This document shows positions 37,463 through 47,993 of a stretch of 64,000 bases of DNA, one piece after another. Below the pieces are notes generated by a model that worked only from the letters and a program-made list of their open reading frames with translations, was not told the origin of the DNA and made no database searches. The translations under genes and the position numbers were made by a program. Every line of letters begins with the position of its first letter. Positions within the stretch are counted from its first letter, which is position 1. Origin of the DNA: Candidatus Levyibacteriota bacterium (GTDB lineage Bacteria > Patescibacteriota > Microgenomatia > Levybacterales > UBA12049); assembly GCA_003173895.1 (NCBI GenBank), contig PJMG01000005.1, positions 18,275 through 82,274 on the forward strand, in the 5' to 3' direction.

Positions 37463-39118
37463 TTATCTTCCAAACATCTTATTTAATTCTTTAAAAGAAA
37501 ATAGAATACTGGTTGGTCTGCTGTGAGGGCAGGTAGCATTGTTAACTACTTTTTGTAAACTAGAAACGATATCTTTCATTTGTTCATTGGTCAATTTATT
37601 TCCAGCTTTAACGGCTGCTCGACAGGCTAAAAATGCTAACATTTCTTCACTCATTGAATCTAAATTTTTTACTTGACCATTATCCTCAATAGATTCTAAA
37701 AGATTTTTTATCAAATCTTTAGGATTTCTATCTTTAAGTAATTCAGGTAAATGTGTAATGGACATTTGATCTTTGGCTAGAGAAAAAATAATGCCTAGGT
37801 TTTTAAAAAATCCTTGGTATTCTCCTAAAATTAGAATTTCTGATTTATTGAAATTGATGGTAATGGGAGTAGCAAGTTTGTATGTTTTAGTTTTTTCCTT
37901 TAAAAATTCTTCTTTTAGTTTTTCAAAAATTATTCTTTCATGAGCTGCATGTTGATCGATCATTAAAAGACCGTGTGAAGTTTGAGTTAGAATATATAAA
38001 TTATTAAATTGAATTATAAAATTATCTTCTATTCTAAATTTAGGTAATTTCTCTAAAACATTTTCTTTTAAGAATTGTCCAGCCACAGAATTAGTCAAAC
38101 CAACTCCAGTTCTTTTCCAGGAAAGATTTTGAAAAGTTAAATTACTATTCTGCAATGTTTCACTTACCGCTTGTTTAATAAAATTAAAAACCGTTTGCGC
38201 ACTGACTAGACTGATTTGTTCTTTTCGAGGATGAACATTTACATCCACCATTTCATATGGAAGATTAAGATATAAAACAAAAACTGGATACGTCGTAGGT
38301 TCTAGCATATTTCCGTATGCTTCTTTAATCGCTGTATTTATTAATCTATCAGTAACTTTTCTATTGTTAATAAATAAAAATTGCTTATTAGTGGATGAAG
38401 TATGGAACTGTGGTTTAGAAATAAAACCAGAAAGTTTTAAATAAGAATCATTTAATTTAAGCGGAATTAAAAGAGAGAAATTTTCTTTTAAAAATAAATT
38501 TATTCTTTCAGAGATATTAGATAGTGCCGGAAAATCTAAGAGAATTTTAGAATTGTGTTTTAAGGTAAAATGAATCTGAGGATAAGATAAAGAAAAACCT
38601 ATGACTAAATCGATAATATATCTAAGTTCGGTCTGTTTACTTTTTAGAAATTTTCTACGAGCTGGAATATTTTCAAATAAATTATCGGCTATAACTACAG
38701 TCCCACTTGGCATTCCTGTCTCTTTTTGACTAATTAATTTATTATTTCGAATTTTAATTTCATTTCCTACGATAGATTTTTCGATTTTACTTTTTATAGT
38801 TAAATCAGAAATAGCTGCTAAACTGGAAAGTGCTTCGCCTCGAAAACCTAAAGTAGAAATTCCTATTAAATCCTCTGAAATCTTACTAGTGGTGTGAGGC
38901 TTAAAAGATTCTAATAAATCTTCTTTGGACATGCCTTCACCATTGTCTGTTATTTGAATTTTTTTCAGCCCTGCATCTTCTAAATAAATTTGAATATGAG
39001 TGGCTTTAGCATCTATAGAATTTTCTATTAATTCTTTAACTGCAAAGGCCGGTCTTTCGATGACTTCTCCTGCTGCTATTTTAGAAATTATTTCTGGTGA
39101 AAGTGCATGAATTTTCAT
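37463..39118 (-). CDS. mutL: DNA mismatch repair endonuclease MutL
   Basis: IAAGEVIERP, GFRGEAL, DVNVHP, DQHAAHERI, ACRAAVK, CPHSRP. Confidence 0.97.
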   Translation of the reverse strand: MKIHALSPEIISKIAAGEVIERPAFAVKELIENSIDAKATHIQIYLEDAGLKKIQITDNGEGMSKEDLLESFKPHTTSKISEDLIGISTLGFRGEALSSLAAISDLTIKSKIEKSIVGNEIKIRNNKLISQKETGMPSGTVVIADNLFENIPARRKFLKSKQTELRYIIDLVIGFSLSYPQIHFTLKHNSKILLDFPALSNISERINLFLKENFSLLIPLKLNDSYLKLSGFISKPQFHTSSTNKQFLFINNRKVTDRLINTAIKEAYGNMLEPTTYPVFVLYLNLPYEMVDVNVHPRKEQISLVSAQTVFNFIKQAVSETLQNSNLTFQNLSWKRTGVGLTNSVAGQFLKENVLEKLPKFRIEDNFIIQFNNLYILTQTSHGLLMIDQHAAHERIIFEKLKEEFLKEKTKTYKLATPITINFNKSEILILGEYQGFFKNLGIIFSLAKDQMSITHLPELLKDRNPKDLIKNLLESIEDNGQVKNLDSMSEEMLAFLACRAAVKAGNKLTNEQMKDIVSSLQKVVNNATCPHSRPTSILFSFKELNKMFGR

Positions 39119-39125
39119 ATTGTTT

Positions 39126-39230
39126 GGGGTCCTGCCGGTTGTTTCCCTCCCAAGGGTGCTCGCAATGGGGGTAATTCTGATGAATTAAAATGCTGCGCGC
39201 CATCGAGAACCCTTCCACAACCGTCACCCC
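39126..39230. other. 105-bp GC-rich long hairpin in the mutL 5' region
   Basis: Nested pairing GGGGT/ACCCC, CGGTTGT/ACAACCG, AAGGGT.CTCG/CGAG.ACCCTT, ATGG/CCAT; ends 7 nt from the mutL ATG. Confidence 0.65.
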
Positions 39231-39350
39231 TGAAATTATTTTAATTATTTATAAATATAGTATAAGAAGATGAGAAGTTCAATCAAATCTACTTAGAGAA
39301 AAAGTTTGTTATGTTAATTATATATTAGTTCAAAAGAAAATTAAACTTAT

Positions 39351-41036
39351 TTACTTAAAATAATCTTTGGGTTGAATTTCTACTGCACCGCTGTTAAGTA
39401 ATTTATTTCGCTCCTCTAGGGTCAATCCCTTGACGCCATAAATGTTTGCCCCTTCAAGATTTGTAGCTACACCTCTCCACTTTCCCAAATTCCAGAGGTC
39501 TGTACCCTGAAGATTTGTTCCTTCAAGGTTTGCATTTTGAAGATCTGCTCCTTCAAGATCTGCACCCTGAAGATTTGCATTCTCAAGGATAGTCATCTCA
39601 AGATTTGCTCCCACAAGAATAGTTCTCTCAAGGTCTGCCCCTTCAAGATTTGCATACCTAAATGTAGCACCCGATAGAATAAGATCATTAAATTCGCATT
39701 TCTTCAAATTCAATCCGTCAAAGTGAACACCGGATGCATTAAGAAATTTAATTTGATTATCGTGTCTTAATTCTCCATTTTGTAAGAAAACATCCCTTAT
39801 TTTTGCTGCTGCCTGGAGAAAAACTTGTAAAAATGCTAGATCTACTACATCAGGTTGTTGATTATTAGAGTCAGTAATTATCCTATCTCGAAAATGCTCT
39901 ACAGCTAGGTTAAAAATACGCTGGTGAAATCTTTCATTTCCTTCGTTTTCTAAAAATTGAAGCAGTTGTTTCGCTGCGAATTCTTGAATACTTAAATCAG
40001 TATTTTGTAATGCTTTTACAATTGATTTAAATTGCGCTTCCTTAGATATAGTTTTTTCTTGAATAGGATGTCTTTCTTTCCACTCCTTGACGTACTTTCT
40101 GATCTCACCAGCTAACTTTGTACCTTCAGCAGCTAAAGCTTTGCTGCTTCTGTCTACTGCATAATTAATTCCAACCGATAGCCCTACTGTTATGGCAATA
40201 CCTAAAAGTACATGAGGACTAACTCCTAAAGCTGTTGCTGCAGCAATAGTGAGAGCTTTAAAGATTATCTTTGCGTTTTCATTAAGAACAGGTGTTCCTG
40301 CTTGTACTGCCGTATTCATAACAGTTTCAATAACTGGTTGAACTAATTCTTTTCCAGCAGCAGGTATACCACTTAGATCCATTACGGCTTGGAAAGTAGC
40401 TGCTGTTACTTCAGCGCCTCTTTCTTCCATTTTATCAAAAGCTTCATCTACAGATACTTGTCCTGAAGGGACAATTGATTGATCTAAAGGGACTAAAGCA
40501 GTGGATGTTTCTGAGGATACTTCTGATTCAACTCCTCGTCTGGGAGAAAGTTGAGAAGAAGGCGGTATTTGAGCTTGAGATTCAACAACTGGTGAATTTG
40601 TTTCTGTTGGTATATTTGTTCCCTCAGCTGTCTTAATCTCACTAAACTTCATAGCAGAAAGTACTAAAAGATCTGGACCTAAAAATCCTCCTGGTGTATT
40701 AAAGTGAAGTTGTGGAGAATCAGAAGAAACAGGAATAGTTTTGCCCGAAGATGAAGGAGAGTAGTTTAAATCATTAGGATTAACAACCAGTGGTGTTACT
40801 AAAAGATTTCCTTGATCATCTGAGTGTATCTCTCTAATATCTAAAGTATTCGTTTGTAAATTAAAGCAAGTGACAATTAGACCATCTACATCTTTACCAC
40901 CTAATTCTTTTTTAGTATCAACAATACCGTTATTAGCTGGAGCAATGGCAACTGTTGCATAATCTTTGCCGTTATATTTTATGAGGCTAACTGGTTTTGG
41001 GTCTCTATTGTGAAGAAAACCTTCGATTATATGCAT
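39351..41036 (-). CDS. Pentapeptide-repeat protein with large unique N-terminal region and central hydrophobic segment
   Basis: C-terminal A(N/D)L(E/Q)G repeats. Confidence 0.8.
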   Translation of the reverse strand: MHIIEGFLHNRDPKPVSLIKYNGKDYATVAIAPANNGIVDTKKELGGKDVDGLIVTCFNLQTNTLDIREIHSDDQGNLLVTPLVVNPNDLNYSPSSSGKTIPVSSDSPQLHFNTPGGFLGPDLLVLSAMKFSEIKTAEGTNIPTETNSPVVESQAQIPPSSQLSPRRGVESEVSSETSTALVPLDQSIVPSGQVSVDEAFDKMEERGAEVTAATFQAVMDLSGIPAAGKELVQPVIETVMNTAVQAGTPVLNENAKIIFKALTIAAATALGVSPHVLLGIAITVGLSVGINYAVDRSSKALAAEGTKLAGEIRKYVKEWKERHPIQEKTISKEAQFKSIVKALQNTDLSIQEFAAKQLLQFLENEGNERFHQRIFNLAVEHFRDRIITDSNNQQPDVVDLAFLQVFLQAAAKIRDVFLQNGELRHDNQIKFLNASGVHFDGLNLKKCEFNDLILSGATFRYANLEGADLERTILVGANLEMTILENANLQGADLEGADLQNANLEGTNLQGTDLWNLGKWRGVATNLEGANIYGVKGLTLEERNKLLNSGAVEIQPKDYFK

Positions 41037-41053
41037 AATTTATTTAGTGTATC

Positions 41054-41545
41054 TTATGCTGCTTGAGCTGACAAGGGTGAATTAATTGAAACATTTCTTC
41101 TAGCTGAAGCAAACTGTGCGCCTACTGCCATTAATTGCTCTGTTTCTCTTAAATCTTTATTTAGATATTTAGAAATTCTTTCAGGATCTAATATCTGAGA
41201 AGCTCTTCTTAAAATCCTTCTTTGTCTTTCTAATCTCCTTGTCTCTCTTTTATTTTTAGGAACTATTGTTTCTAATTCTTGTTGGCGATAAGCTAAATCA
41301 TCAGCTACTGATCCTTCAAAAAATATTACTGTAGAAAGAGGATTTACTTTATTGCTTGCAACATCTCTAGCTAATGGTTCTAACTGATGGAGTAGGTTTT
41401 CATCTTGATAAAATTTATTTAGTTCTTTACGAACTAATACACCTGCTTTAAAAGTATCTATTACTCCCTTTAAGCCTTTTTCTTTACCTGCTTCTTTTAA
41501 CACTGATACATATGGAGTTTCATGTACGGCTTCTGTTGGTAGCAT
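41054..41545 (-). CDS. Hypothetical protein
   Basis: 163-aa ORF ending 17 nt upstream of the pentapeptide gene. Confidence 0.6.
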   Translation of the reverse strand: MLPTEAVHETPYVSVLKEAGKEKGLKGVIDTFKAGVLVRKELNKFYQDENLLHQLEPLARDVASNKVNPLSTVIFFEGSVADDLAYRQQELETIVPKNKRETRRLERQRRILRRASQILDPERISKYLNKDLRETEQLMAVGAQFASARRNVSINSPLSAQAA

Positions 41546-41629
41546 GAAGACAATATACCAAAGTTTAAATACAAAAACAAGAGAGTTTATCTCTCTACAG
41601 TGATTTTCAATTTTAGATTGATAAACAGT

Positions 41630-44290
41630 TTAATCTACTTCTAAATATTTTTTATTTTCATCATCTAATAGTCCTAATTTTTCCTTAATTTCTGCGAGTT
41701 TATTTAAAGCCTCTAGCGGTGTTAAATTAGCGATATCTAAATTAGCTAGTTCTTTTTGAATTACATGAAAAAGGATTGTTTGTTGATTTAGTCTATTGTC
41801 ATCCTGGAACGAAGTGATAGGTCGTTTAACTCCCTCCAGAATGACATTGGAACTAGTTCTGATTTCTAATTCGTGTAAAGTTTTTTCCGCATCTTTTATG
41901 ACGCCTTCAGGTAAACCTGCTAGTTTAGCTACTGCTACGCCGAAACTATGCGAAGCTCCTCCTGGTAAGAGCGTATGAAAAAAAACAGGTTGGTCATTAT
42001 GTTCGCTTACACTCATATGAAAATTTTTAATATTAGAATGCTCATTTTCTAATTCTTGAAGTTCATGATAATGAGTTGCGAAAAGTGTCTTAGGTGCAGG
42101 TTTAAGACAGGTGGCTAAAAACTTAGCCACAGATGAAGCTATAGAAATTCCATCATAAGTACTAGTTCCCCGCCCTATTTCATCCATAATTATTAGGCTA
42201 TTTGAGGTCGCATTATTTAAAATATTAGCAGTTTCTACCATCTCTACCATAAAAGTGGAAAGTCCAGAAGTTATATTATCAGCTGCGCCTGAGCGAACAA
42301 ATATTTTATCCACTAACGATAATTTAGCCTGTTTAACAGGTACAAAACAACCAATCTGATTCATGAGTAAAATAATCGCAACTTGTCTTATAAAGACAGA
42401 TTTTCCAGCCATATTAGGACCTGTGATAACCAATAAAGTTTGGGAAATATTATCTAAAGTTACATCATTGGGTACGAATTGCTGATCCATAGGTAATAAT
42501 CTTTCTACTACCGGATGTCGACCTTTTTCGATTTTTATTTCTCCGGAATATAAAATTTTAGGACGAACATAATTATATTTTTGGCTAATATTGGCGAAAT
42601 TAATTAAAATATCTAAAGTAGCAATTCCTACACAAGCTGACTGAATTTGGCTCGTGTAATTTAAAACCAAATCTAAAGTTTGCATAAACAACTTATACTC
42701 TAAGTCATTTACTTTTTCCTGAGCTGAGAGAATAATCTCTTCATGTTTTTTAAGATCATGAGTGATAAATCTTTCACCATTTACTAAAGTTTGCTTTCTC
42801 ATATAATGTTTAGGTACTAAATTAGAATTAGATTTGCTAACCTCTATATAAAAGCCAAAAACCTGATTAAATCTAATCTTTAAAGAAGAAATCCCTGTTC
42901 TTTCTCTTTCCTGTTTCTCAAGTGTTTCAATAAAAGATTTACTGTTATGAATAATGTTTTGTAATTGGTCTAAATCTGGGTTTACTCTTTTTTTAATCAT
43001 TCCCCCATTTCGTACATCAATAGGCGGTTCATCTATAATATTTTTTTCAATTATTTCTATGACTTTTTTAATATCACCGGAAATTAATTTATAAATATTT
43101 TTAAAAATTTCAGCAGTTTGTTCCTTTACTAATTTTTTAATTTCTAAAACTTGAATAATGGAAAGTTTTAAATTTACTAAATCCCTGGCATTGCCGATAT
43201 TAACACTAAGTCTGGATAAAATACGTTCGACATCAGAAACTTCTTTTAAAGTTTCATTTAAATCCTTACGTTTAATATTTTCTTTTATTAATTCTTCCAC
43301 TCCATCATGTCTCTTTAAAATTTCCTCTTTTTCTATTAAAGGCTTTTTAAGCCATTGTTTGAGTAAACGTCCTCCCATCGCAGTTGTTGTTTCATCTAAT
43401 AAATCCAGAAGTGAACCTTTAGTATCGCCTTCTCTTATCGTGGAAAATAATTCCAGATTAATCATCGTAGATCGATCTAACAGTAAAGAATTCTTCTGTT
43501 CGTAAAAAATAATTTTTTTAATATGCGTTAAATGCGCTTTTTGAGTGGTGATTAAATAACCTAAAAGACTACTTGCGACTTGAATTGCTAGTGTTTTTCC
43601 ATCAAGTCCAAAGCTGGAAAGTGTAGAAATTTTAAAATGATTTCTTAAAAAATTATCTGCATCGTTGGTGTAATAATTCCAATCCTTAAAAGGATAAACA
43701 TTAATATTTAATTTTTTTAATAACTTTAATAAATTTCCATCATTGTATAACTCTTCTGGTAAAATACATTCTGTGGGGGAAAGTCGAGTTAACTCATTGA
43801 TTAACCATTCATTTATGTTGCTTACTTCAACTTGTGTAGTTGCAAAATAGCCTGTGGATACATCAGAAACAGCTAAAGCTATGTTATTATCATCAATAAT
43901 TAAACTAATTAAATAATTATTACTTTTTTTCTCTAAGGCTCTTTCATCCATTACAGTTCCGGGTGTTACCACTCTTATAACATCACGTTCTACTAATCCA
44001 CGTTTATTCGGTGGACTTAACTGTTCGCAAATGGCCACTTTATATCCTGCTTTAACGAGTTTAGCCAGATAACTATCTACTGCGTGATAAGGAATTCCAG
44101 CCATAGGAACTTTTCTATCCTTGCCTGCACTTTTATGAGTAAGAGTAATATTTAAAACACGAGATCCTATAAAAGCATCATCCATGAAAAGTTCATAAAA
44201 ATCACCCATGCGGAAAAATAAAAGACAATCTAAATATTTAGCCTTAATTTCACGATATTGTTTAAGAAAAGGGGTAGTAAAATTATCCAT
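41630..44290 (-). CDS. mutS: DNA mismatch repair protein MutS
   Basis: FRMGDFYELF, TGPNMAGKS, STFMVEM, DEIGRGTST, FATHYHEL. Confidence 0.98.
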   Translation of the reverse strand: MDNFTTPFLKQYREIKAKYLDCLLFFRMGDFYELFMDDAFIGSRVLNITLTHKSAGKDRKVPMAGIPYHAVDSYLAKLVKAGYKVAICEQLSPPNKRGLVERDVIRVVTPGTVMDERALEKKSNNYLISLIIDDNNIALAVSDVSTGYFATTQVEVSNINEWLINELTRLSPTECILPEELYNDGNLLKLLKKLNINVYPFKDWNYYTNDADNFLRNHFKISTLSSFGLDGKTLAIQVASSLLGYLITTQKAHLTHIKKIIFYEQKNSLLLDRSTMINLELFSTIREGDTKGSLLDLLDETTTAMGGRLLKQWLKKPLIEKEEILKRHDGVEELIKENIKRKDLNETLKEVSDVERILSRLSVNIGNARDLVNLKLSIIQVLEIKKLVKEQTAEIFKNIYKLISGDIKKVIEIIEKNIIDEPPIDVRNGGMIKKRVNPDLDQLQNIIHNSKSFIETLEKQERERTGISSLKIRFNQVFGFYIEVSKSNSNLVPKHYMRKQTLVNGERFITHDLKKHEEIILSAQEKVNDLEYKLFMQTLDLVLNYTSQIQSACVGIATLDILINFANISQKYNYVRPKILYSGEIKIEKGRHPVVERLLPMDQQFVPNDVTLDNISQTLLVITGPNMAGKSVFIRQVAIILLMNQIGCFVPVKQAKLSLVDKIFVRSGAADNITSGLSTFMVEMVETANILNNATSNSLIIMDEIGRGTSTYDGISIASSVAKFLATCLKPAPKTLFATHYHELQELENEHSNIKNFHMSVSEHNDQPVFFHTLLPGGASHSFGVAVAKLAGLPEGVIKDAEKTLHELEIRTSSNVILEGVKRPITSFQDDNRLNQQTILFHVIQKELANLDIANLTPLEALNKLAEIKEKLGLLDDENKKYLEVD
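41798..41845. repeat. 48-bp inverted-repeat element in frame in the mutS C-terminal linker
   Basis: GTCATCCTGGA...TCCAGAATGAC terminal inverted repeats; encodes VILEGVKRPITSFQDD. Confidence 0.75.
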
Positions 44291-44369
44291 TGAAAGTATT
44301 TCTATAATACAAAAGTAGATTAAGATTTACAAATTTAAAAAGCAGATTAGATGTAGTAGAAGATAAACT

Positions 44370-44714
44370 TTAATGAATACTATCATCTCCAATTCCAGTA
44401 CTACTAGGGAGTCCATGAAGATAAGCACGTCTCCGGCCGGTTATAAATGATTCAAAAAGTTCCGGAGGATTAAATTCTAAATAATACACTTTATAAACTG
44501 GAGCTTGTCCTATATTTATAAGGTTATTATTAAATCCATCTGCTATATCCTGCATTAATTGCTGATCTCCAAGTTGCTCCTGTAATCCTCCATAAGCTAC
44601 TACGACAGGTATAGGATTTCCTGCTGAATTAGTTCCGATAGACAGACTAGTATCAATCACTACATGATGTTTTTGTATGAAACCAAATTTCTCTGTAAAA
44701 TCTTCTTTTAGCAT
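44370..44714 (-). CDS. Hypothetical protein
   Basis: 114-aa ORF. Confidence 0.5.
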   Translation of the reverse strand: MLKEDFTEKFGFIQKHHVVIDTSLSIGTNSAGNPIPVVVAYGGLQEQLGDQQLMQDIADGFNNNLINIGQAPVYKVYYLEFNPPELFESFITGRRRAYLHGLPSSTGIGDDSIH

Positions 44715-44782
44715 GATATAAAACTTTACAATATTATTAAGATAATAATCAAGTAAAGTTAATAATTTATCTTTTAAATATC

Positions 44783-45967
44783 CTACTCGTATCTCAATGC
44801 ATCTATAGGACTCATGTTGGCTGCACGTTTCGCAGGATAAATTCCAAAAACCAAGCCAATTATAATAGAAATTATTACAGAACCAATAATGGATAAATAT
44901 GGAGGTGTAAAAGGAACTTTAAGTAAACTAGATGCTATAAGTCCTACCACTATTCCTAGTAAAGTTCCAATAAGTCCACCACTGACTGTTAAAACTACAG
45001 CCTCTATTAAAAACTGAGTTAAAATATTTCCTTCTTTAGCTCCGATAGCTTTTAGAAGACCAATTTCTCTGGTTCTTTCTGTCACAGTAACAAGCATAAT
45101 ATTCATAATTCCAATTCCACCAACTAAAAGCGATATTCCTGCAATTCCCGCCAGAACTGCACTTAAAATTCCTGTAATACTTCCCACTGTTGCCAATAGA
45201 TTCTTAGAAGTAAAAACCGCATATTTACTAATTACTTGAGGATCAGTTACATTATGACGATCTAAAAGTAATTGTTTTACATCTTTAGCCGCGATATCTA
45301 TTTGATTAGGATCTGGAACGTACGCTTCAATAGAATTTAAAGTAGTTCCGCCAGCTATAGATGAGAGTGCTGTAGTGACTGGAATAAAAATCGTAGTATC
45401 TGGATTTCCTGCTATACTACTTCCTTGACTCGGTAATACTCCAATGACATAAAATGATTTATTTCCAATCTGAATCAATTGTCCTACTGGATTTGAATTA
45501 GTACCGAATAAATCCGTTTGAACTTGAGAGCCAATAACTGCTACAGTCGCATAAGAAGTTACATCATCATCAGTAAAAAAGGCACCTAGTGAAGTATTTA
45601 AATTTAAAAGAGTAAAATAAGCGGGTGTTACGCCAGTAATAGAATAGCTAGATGATTGACCATTAGCAGAAACTGTTTTAGTCCTAATTACTTCTTCATC
45701 AATAGTTTGAATTTCAGGCAATTCTTGTTTTATAGCAGTGGCGTCATCTAGTGTTAAGTTAATACCTTGCTCAGATACTATATAAAGTAGATTAGTACCT
45801 AAAGCTGATATTTTAGAAGTAATAGCCGCTGTAGCGCCTTGGGAAATAATAAGTACTAAAGTCACAGCAAATATGCCTATGATTATACCCAACATAGTTA
45901 AAATAGTTCTTAAAATATTAGATTTTAAAGAATTTAATGCTGTTAAAAATATTTCTGCGTAATTCAT
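44783..45967 (-). CDS. MacB/FtsX-family ABC transporter permease
   Basis: LRTILTMLGIIIG, GGIGIMNIMLVTVTERTREIG, PIDALRYE. Confidence 0.95.
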   Translation of the reverse strand: MNYAEIFLTALNSLKSNILRTILTMLGIIIGIFAVTLVLIISQGATAAITSKISALGTNLLYIVSEQGINLTLDDATAIKQELPEIQTIDEEVIRTKTVSANGQSSSYSITGVTPAYFTLLNLNTSLGAFFTDDDVTSYATVAVIGSQVQTDLFGTNSNPVGQLIQIGNKSFYVIGVLPSQGSSIAGNPDTTIFIPVTTALSSIAGGTTLNSIEAYVPDPNQIDIAAKDVKQLLLDRHNVTDPQVISKYAVFTSKNLLATVGSITGILSAVLAGIAGISLLVGGIGIMNIMLVTVTERTREIGLLKAIGAKEGNILTQFLIEAVVLTVSGGLIGTLLGIVVGLIASSLLKVPFTPPYLSIIGSVIISIIIGLVFGIYPAKRAANMSPIDALRYE

Positions 45968-46665
45968 TGTTTATTCTTCTTATCACTAATTATCTCACCA
46001 TCTTTAATTTGTATTACTCTTTTAGCATAAGCTGCAATGTCTGGTTCATGCGTTATAACTACTATAGTATGATTCTGTTTATTTAAATACTGAAAAAAAG
46101 ACATTATTTCATGGGATGTTTTACTATCTAAATTTCCAGTTGGTTCATCAGCTAAAAGAAGAGACGGATTCATAACTAAGGCTCGAGCAATTGCTACTCT
46201 TTGAATTTGTCCACCTGATATTTGATTAGATAAATTATCTGCTTTACTTTCCAAATGGACTAATTTAAGCATTTCCATGGCTCGGTCTCTTCTTTGTTCT
46301 TCCGAAACTTTAGGACCATATAACATTGGTCTTTCTACATTTTTAATTACAGAAGTACGCGCTAATAAATTAAATGATTGAAAAACAAATCCTATTTCTT
46401 TATTCCTAATTTCTGCTAATTGATCTGAAGTAAATTTACTTATATCTACCCCATTTAAAAAATATTTTCCATCAGTTGGAGTATCCAATGCTCCCATAAT
46501 ATGCATGGTAGTAGACTTTCCCGATCCTGAGGGGCCCATAATTGCTACAAATTCGTCTGAATAAATATCTAAGCTAATTCCCTTAAGCGCCACATATTCG
46601 GAATCCCCGGTCTTATATACTTTTTTAATATTCTGAAATGAAATTAGAGGTTTTTGTTTTTGCAT
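45964..46665 (-). CDS. MacB/LolD-family ABC transporter ATP-binding protein
   Basis: GPSGSGKST, ISGGQ, LLADEPTGNLD. Confidence 0.96.
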   Translation of the reverse strand: MQKQKPLISFQNIKKVYKTGDSEYVALKGISLDIYSDEFVAIMGPSGSGKSTTMHIMGALDTPTDGKYFLNGVDISKFTSDQLAEIRNKEIGFVFQSFNLLARTSVIKNVERPMLYGPKVSEEQRRDRAMEMLKLVHLESKADNLSNQISGGQIQRVAIARALVMNPSLLLADEPTGNLDSKTSHEIMSFFQYLNKQNHTIVVITHEPDIAAYAKRVIQIKDGEIISDKKNKQ

Positions 46666-46675
46666 ACATAATTTA

Positions 46676-47944
46676 TTATTGAGCAGGACCGCCTGTTTGA
46701 TTATTAGTTAAAGTAGTATTTCCTAAAATTACTTTAGTACCCGCGTTAATACCTTTTATGACTTCACTTCGTGTAAATCCATGTAAGCCAATAATAACGG
46801 GAATAAATTTAATTTTTTTATTAGTTTCTAATACTTGTAAGGCTTTACCATTTTGGTATGGGACTATAGCTGAATTAGCTACTGTTAAGACATTTTTAGA
46901 TTCAGCAGTGGTAATAGTTAAATTAGCTGTCATGTTAGGCTTAATATTATTATCAGGATTATCTATAATCACAAAAACATTATAGTTTATAACTCCAGCA
47001 TTATTAGTTCCATAACTATCTATTTGATTTACAGTTCCAGTATATGTTTTATTAGGAATTGCACTAAAAATCAAATTAGCTTTTTGATTTAATTTAATTT
47101 TATCTACATCAACTTCACTTACAGCAGTTTCTATAGCAAAACCATTATTATTCCCAATTACCATAACAGGAGTAACATTAACTGTACTGGGAGTAGTAGA
47201 AGTAGACAAATTACTAGATGTAGCACTATTTTGCTGAGCGATAACTTTAGCACCTACCAAACCAATAAGATTAGAAATAATCCCTGTAATGGGTGCTGTT
47301 ACAGTAGAATTTTGAGTAGCTTGATAAGCAAGTGATGCACTATTAAGTGCAGCTTGATCCTGTGCTATAACAGCTTGCTGATTTTTATAGTTAGACTCAG
47401 CAGCTAGCCACGCTGAATTTTCTTCTATATATTTTGGATCAGAAGTATCTGGGTTAGCAGTTCCAGCGTCATTTACAAATGTTTGATTAGCTATAAACAT
47501 TTGGTTTTGAAGCGTATTTAGTTGAGCTTGGGCTGCTAATAAATTACTTTGCGCACTTAAATAATTAGCATAAGCTGCTGCCTGTTCTTGAGCAGTAGCA
47601 GTGCTTCTTACATCAAATAATTTATCTCCAGCATTAACGTTATCTCCATCTTTTACATAAATTTTACTTAAAGAACCAGTAGTTGGTGAATACACATCAG
47701 TTTCACTCCCTGCTATTACATTTCCTGTTTCTGTAACTATTTGGCTAATATTTCCTCGAGCTACAGTATCAAATAAATACTGATTTTTATTTCCTCTGAA
47801 AAAAATGGATTTAATTATAAAAAGTAAAATTAAAATACCTATTATAGCTAAGATTTTTTTAAACCAATTAGCTCGGATAAACCATTTCTTGAAATCGTTT
47901 AATTTTCTAAAGGGGAATAATAAAATATTATTAACTTTACCCAT
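46676..47944 (-). CDS. Membrane-fusion/periplasmic adaptor subunit (MacA/HlyD-like)
   Basis: N-terminal TM, lipoyl-like VKDGDNV..GD.L, coiled coil, APITG, V.EVDV. Confidence 0.9.
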   Translation of the reverse strand: MGKVNNILLFPFRKLNDFKKWFIRANWFKKILAIIGILILLFIIKSIFFRGNKNQYLFDTVARGNISQIVTETGNVIAGSETDVYSPTTGSLSKIYVKDGDNVNAGDKLFDVRSTATAQEQAAAYANYLSAQSNLLAAQAQLNTLQNQMFIANQTFVNDAGTANPDTSDPKYIEENSAWLAAESNYKNQQAVIAQDQAALNSASLAYQATQNSTVTAPITGIISNLIGLVGAKVIAQQNSATSSNLSTSTTPSTVNVTPVMVIGNNNGFAIETAVSEVDVDKIKLNQKANLIFSAIPNKTYTGTVNQIDSYGTNNAGVINYNVFVIIDNPDNNIKPNMTANLTITTAESKNVLTVANSAIVPYQNGKALQVLETNKKIKFIPVIIGLHGFTRSEVIKGINAGTKVILGNTTLTNNQTGGPAQ

Positions 47945-47993
47945 GAAAGTAATATAATTATATTTTATTTAAAGATTAGAGTCAAAGAAATTA

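Noticed and set aside
39440-39660. 15-bp periodic DNA repeats resembling an array
   Set aside because: Explained by pentapeptide-repeat coding; no spacers, so not CRISPR
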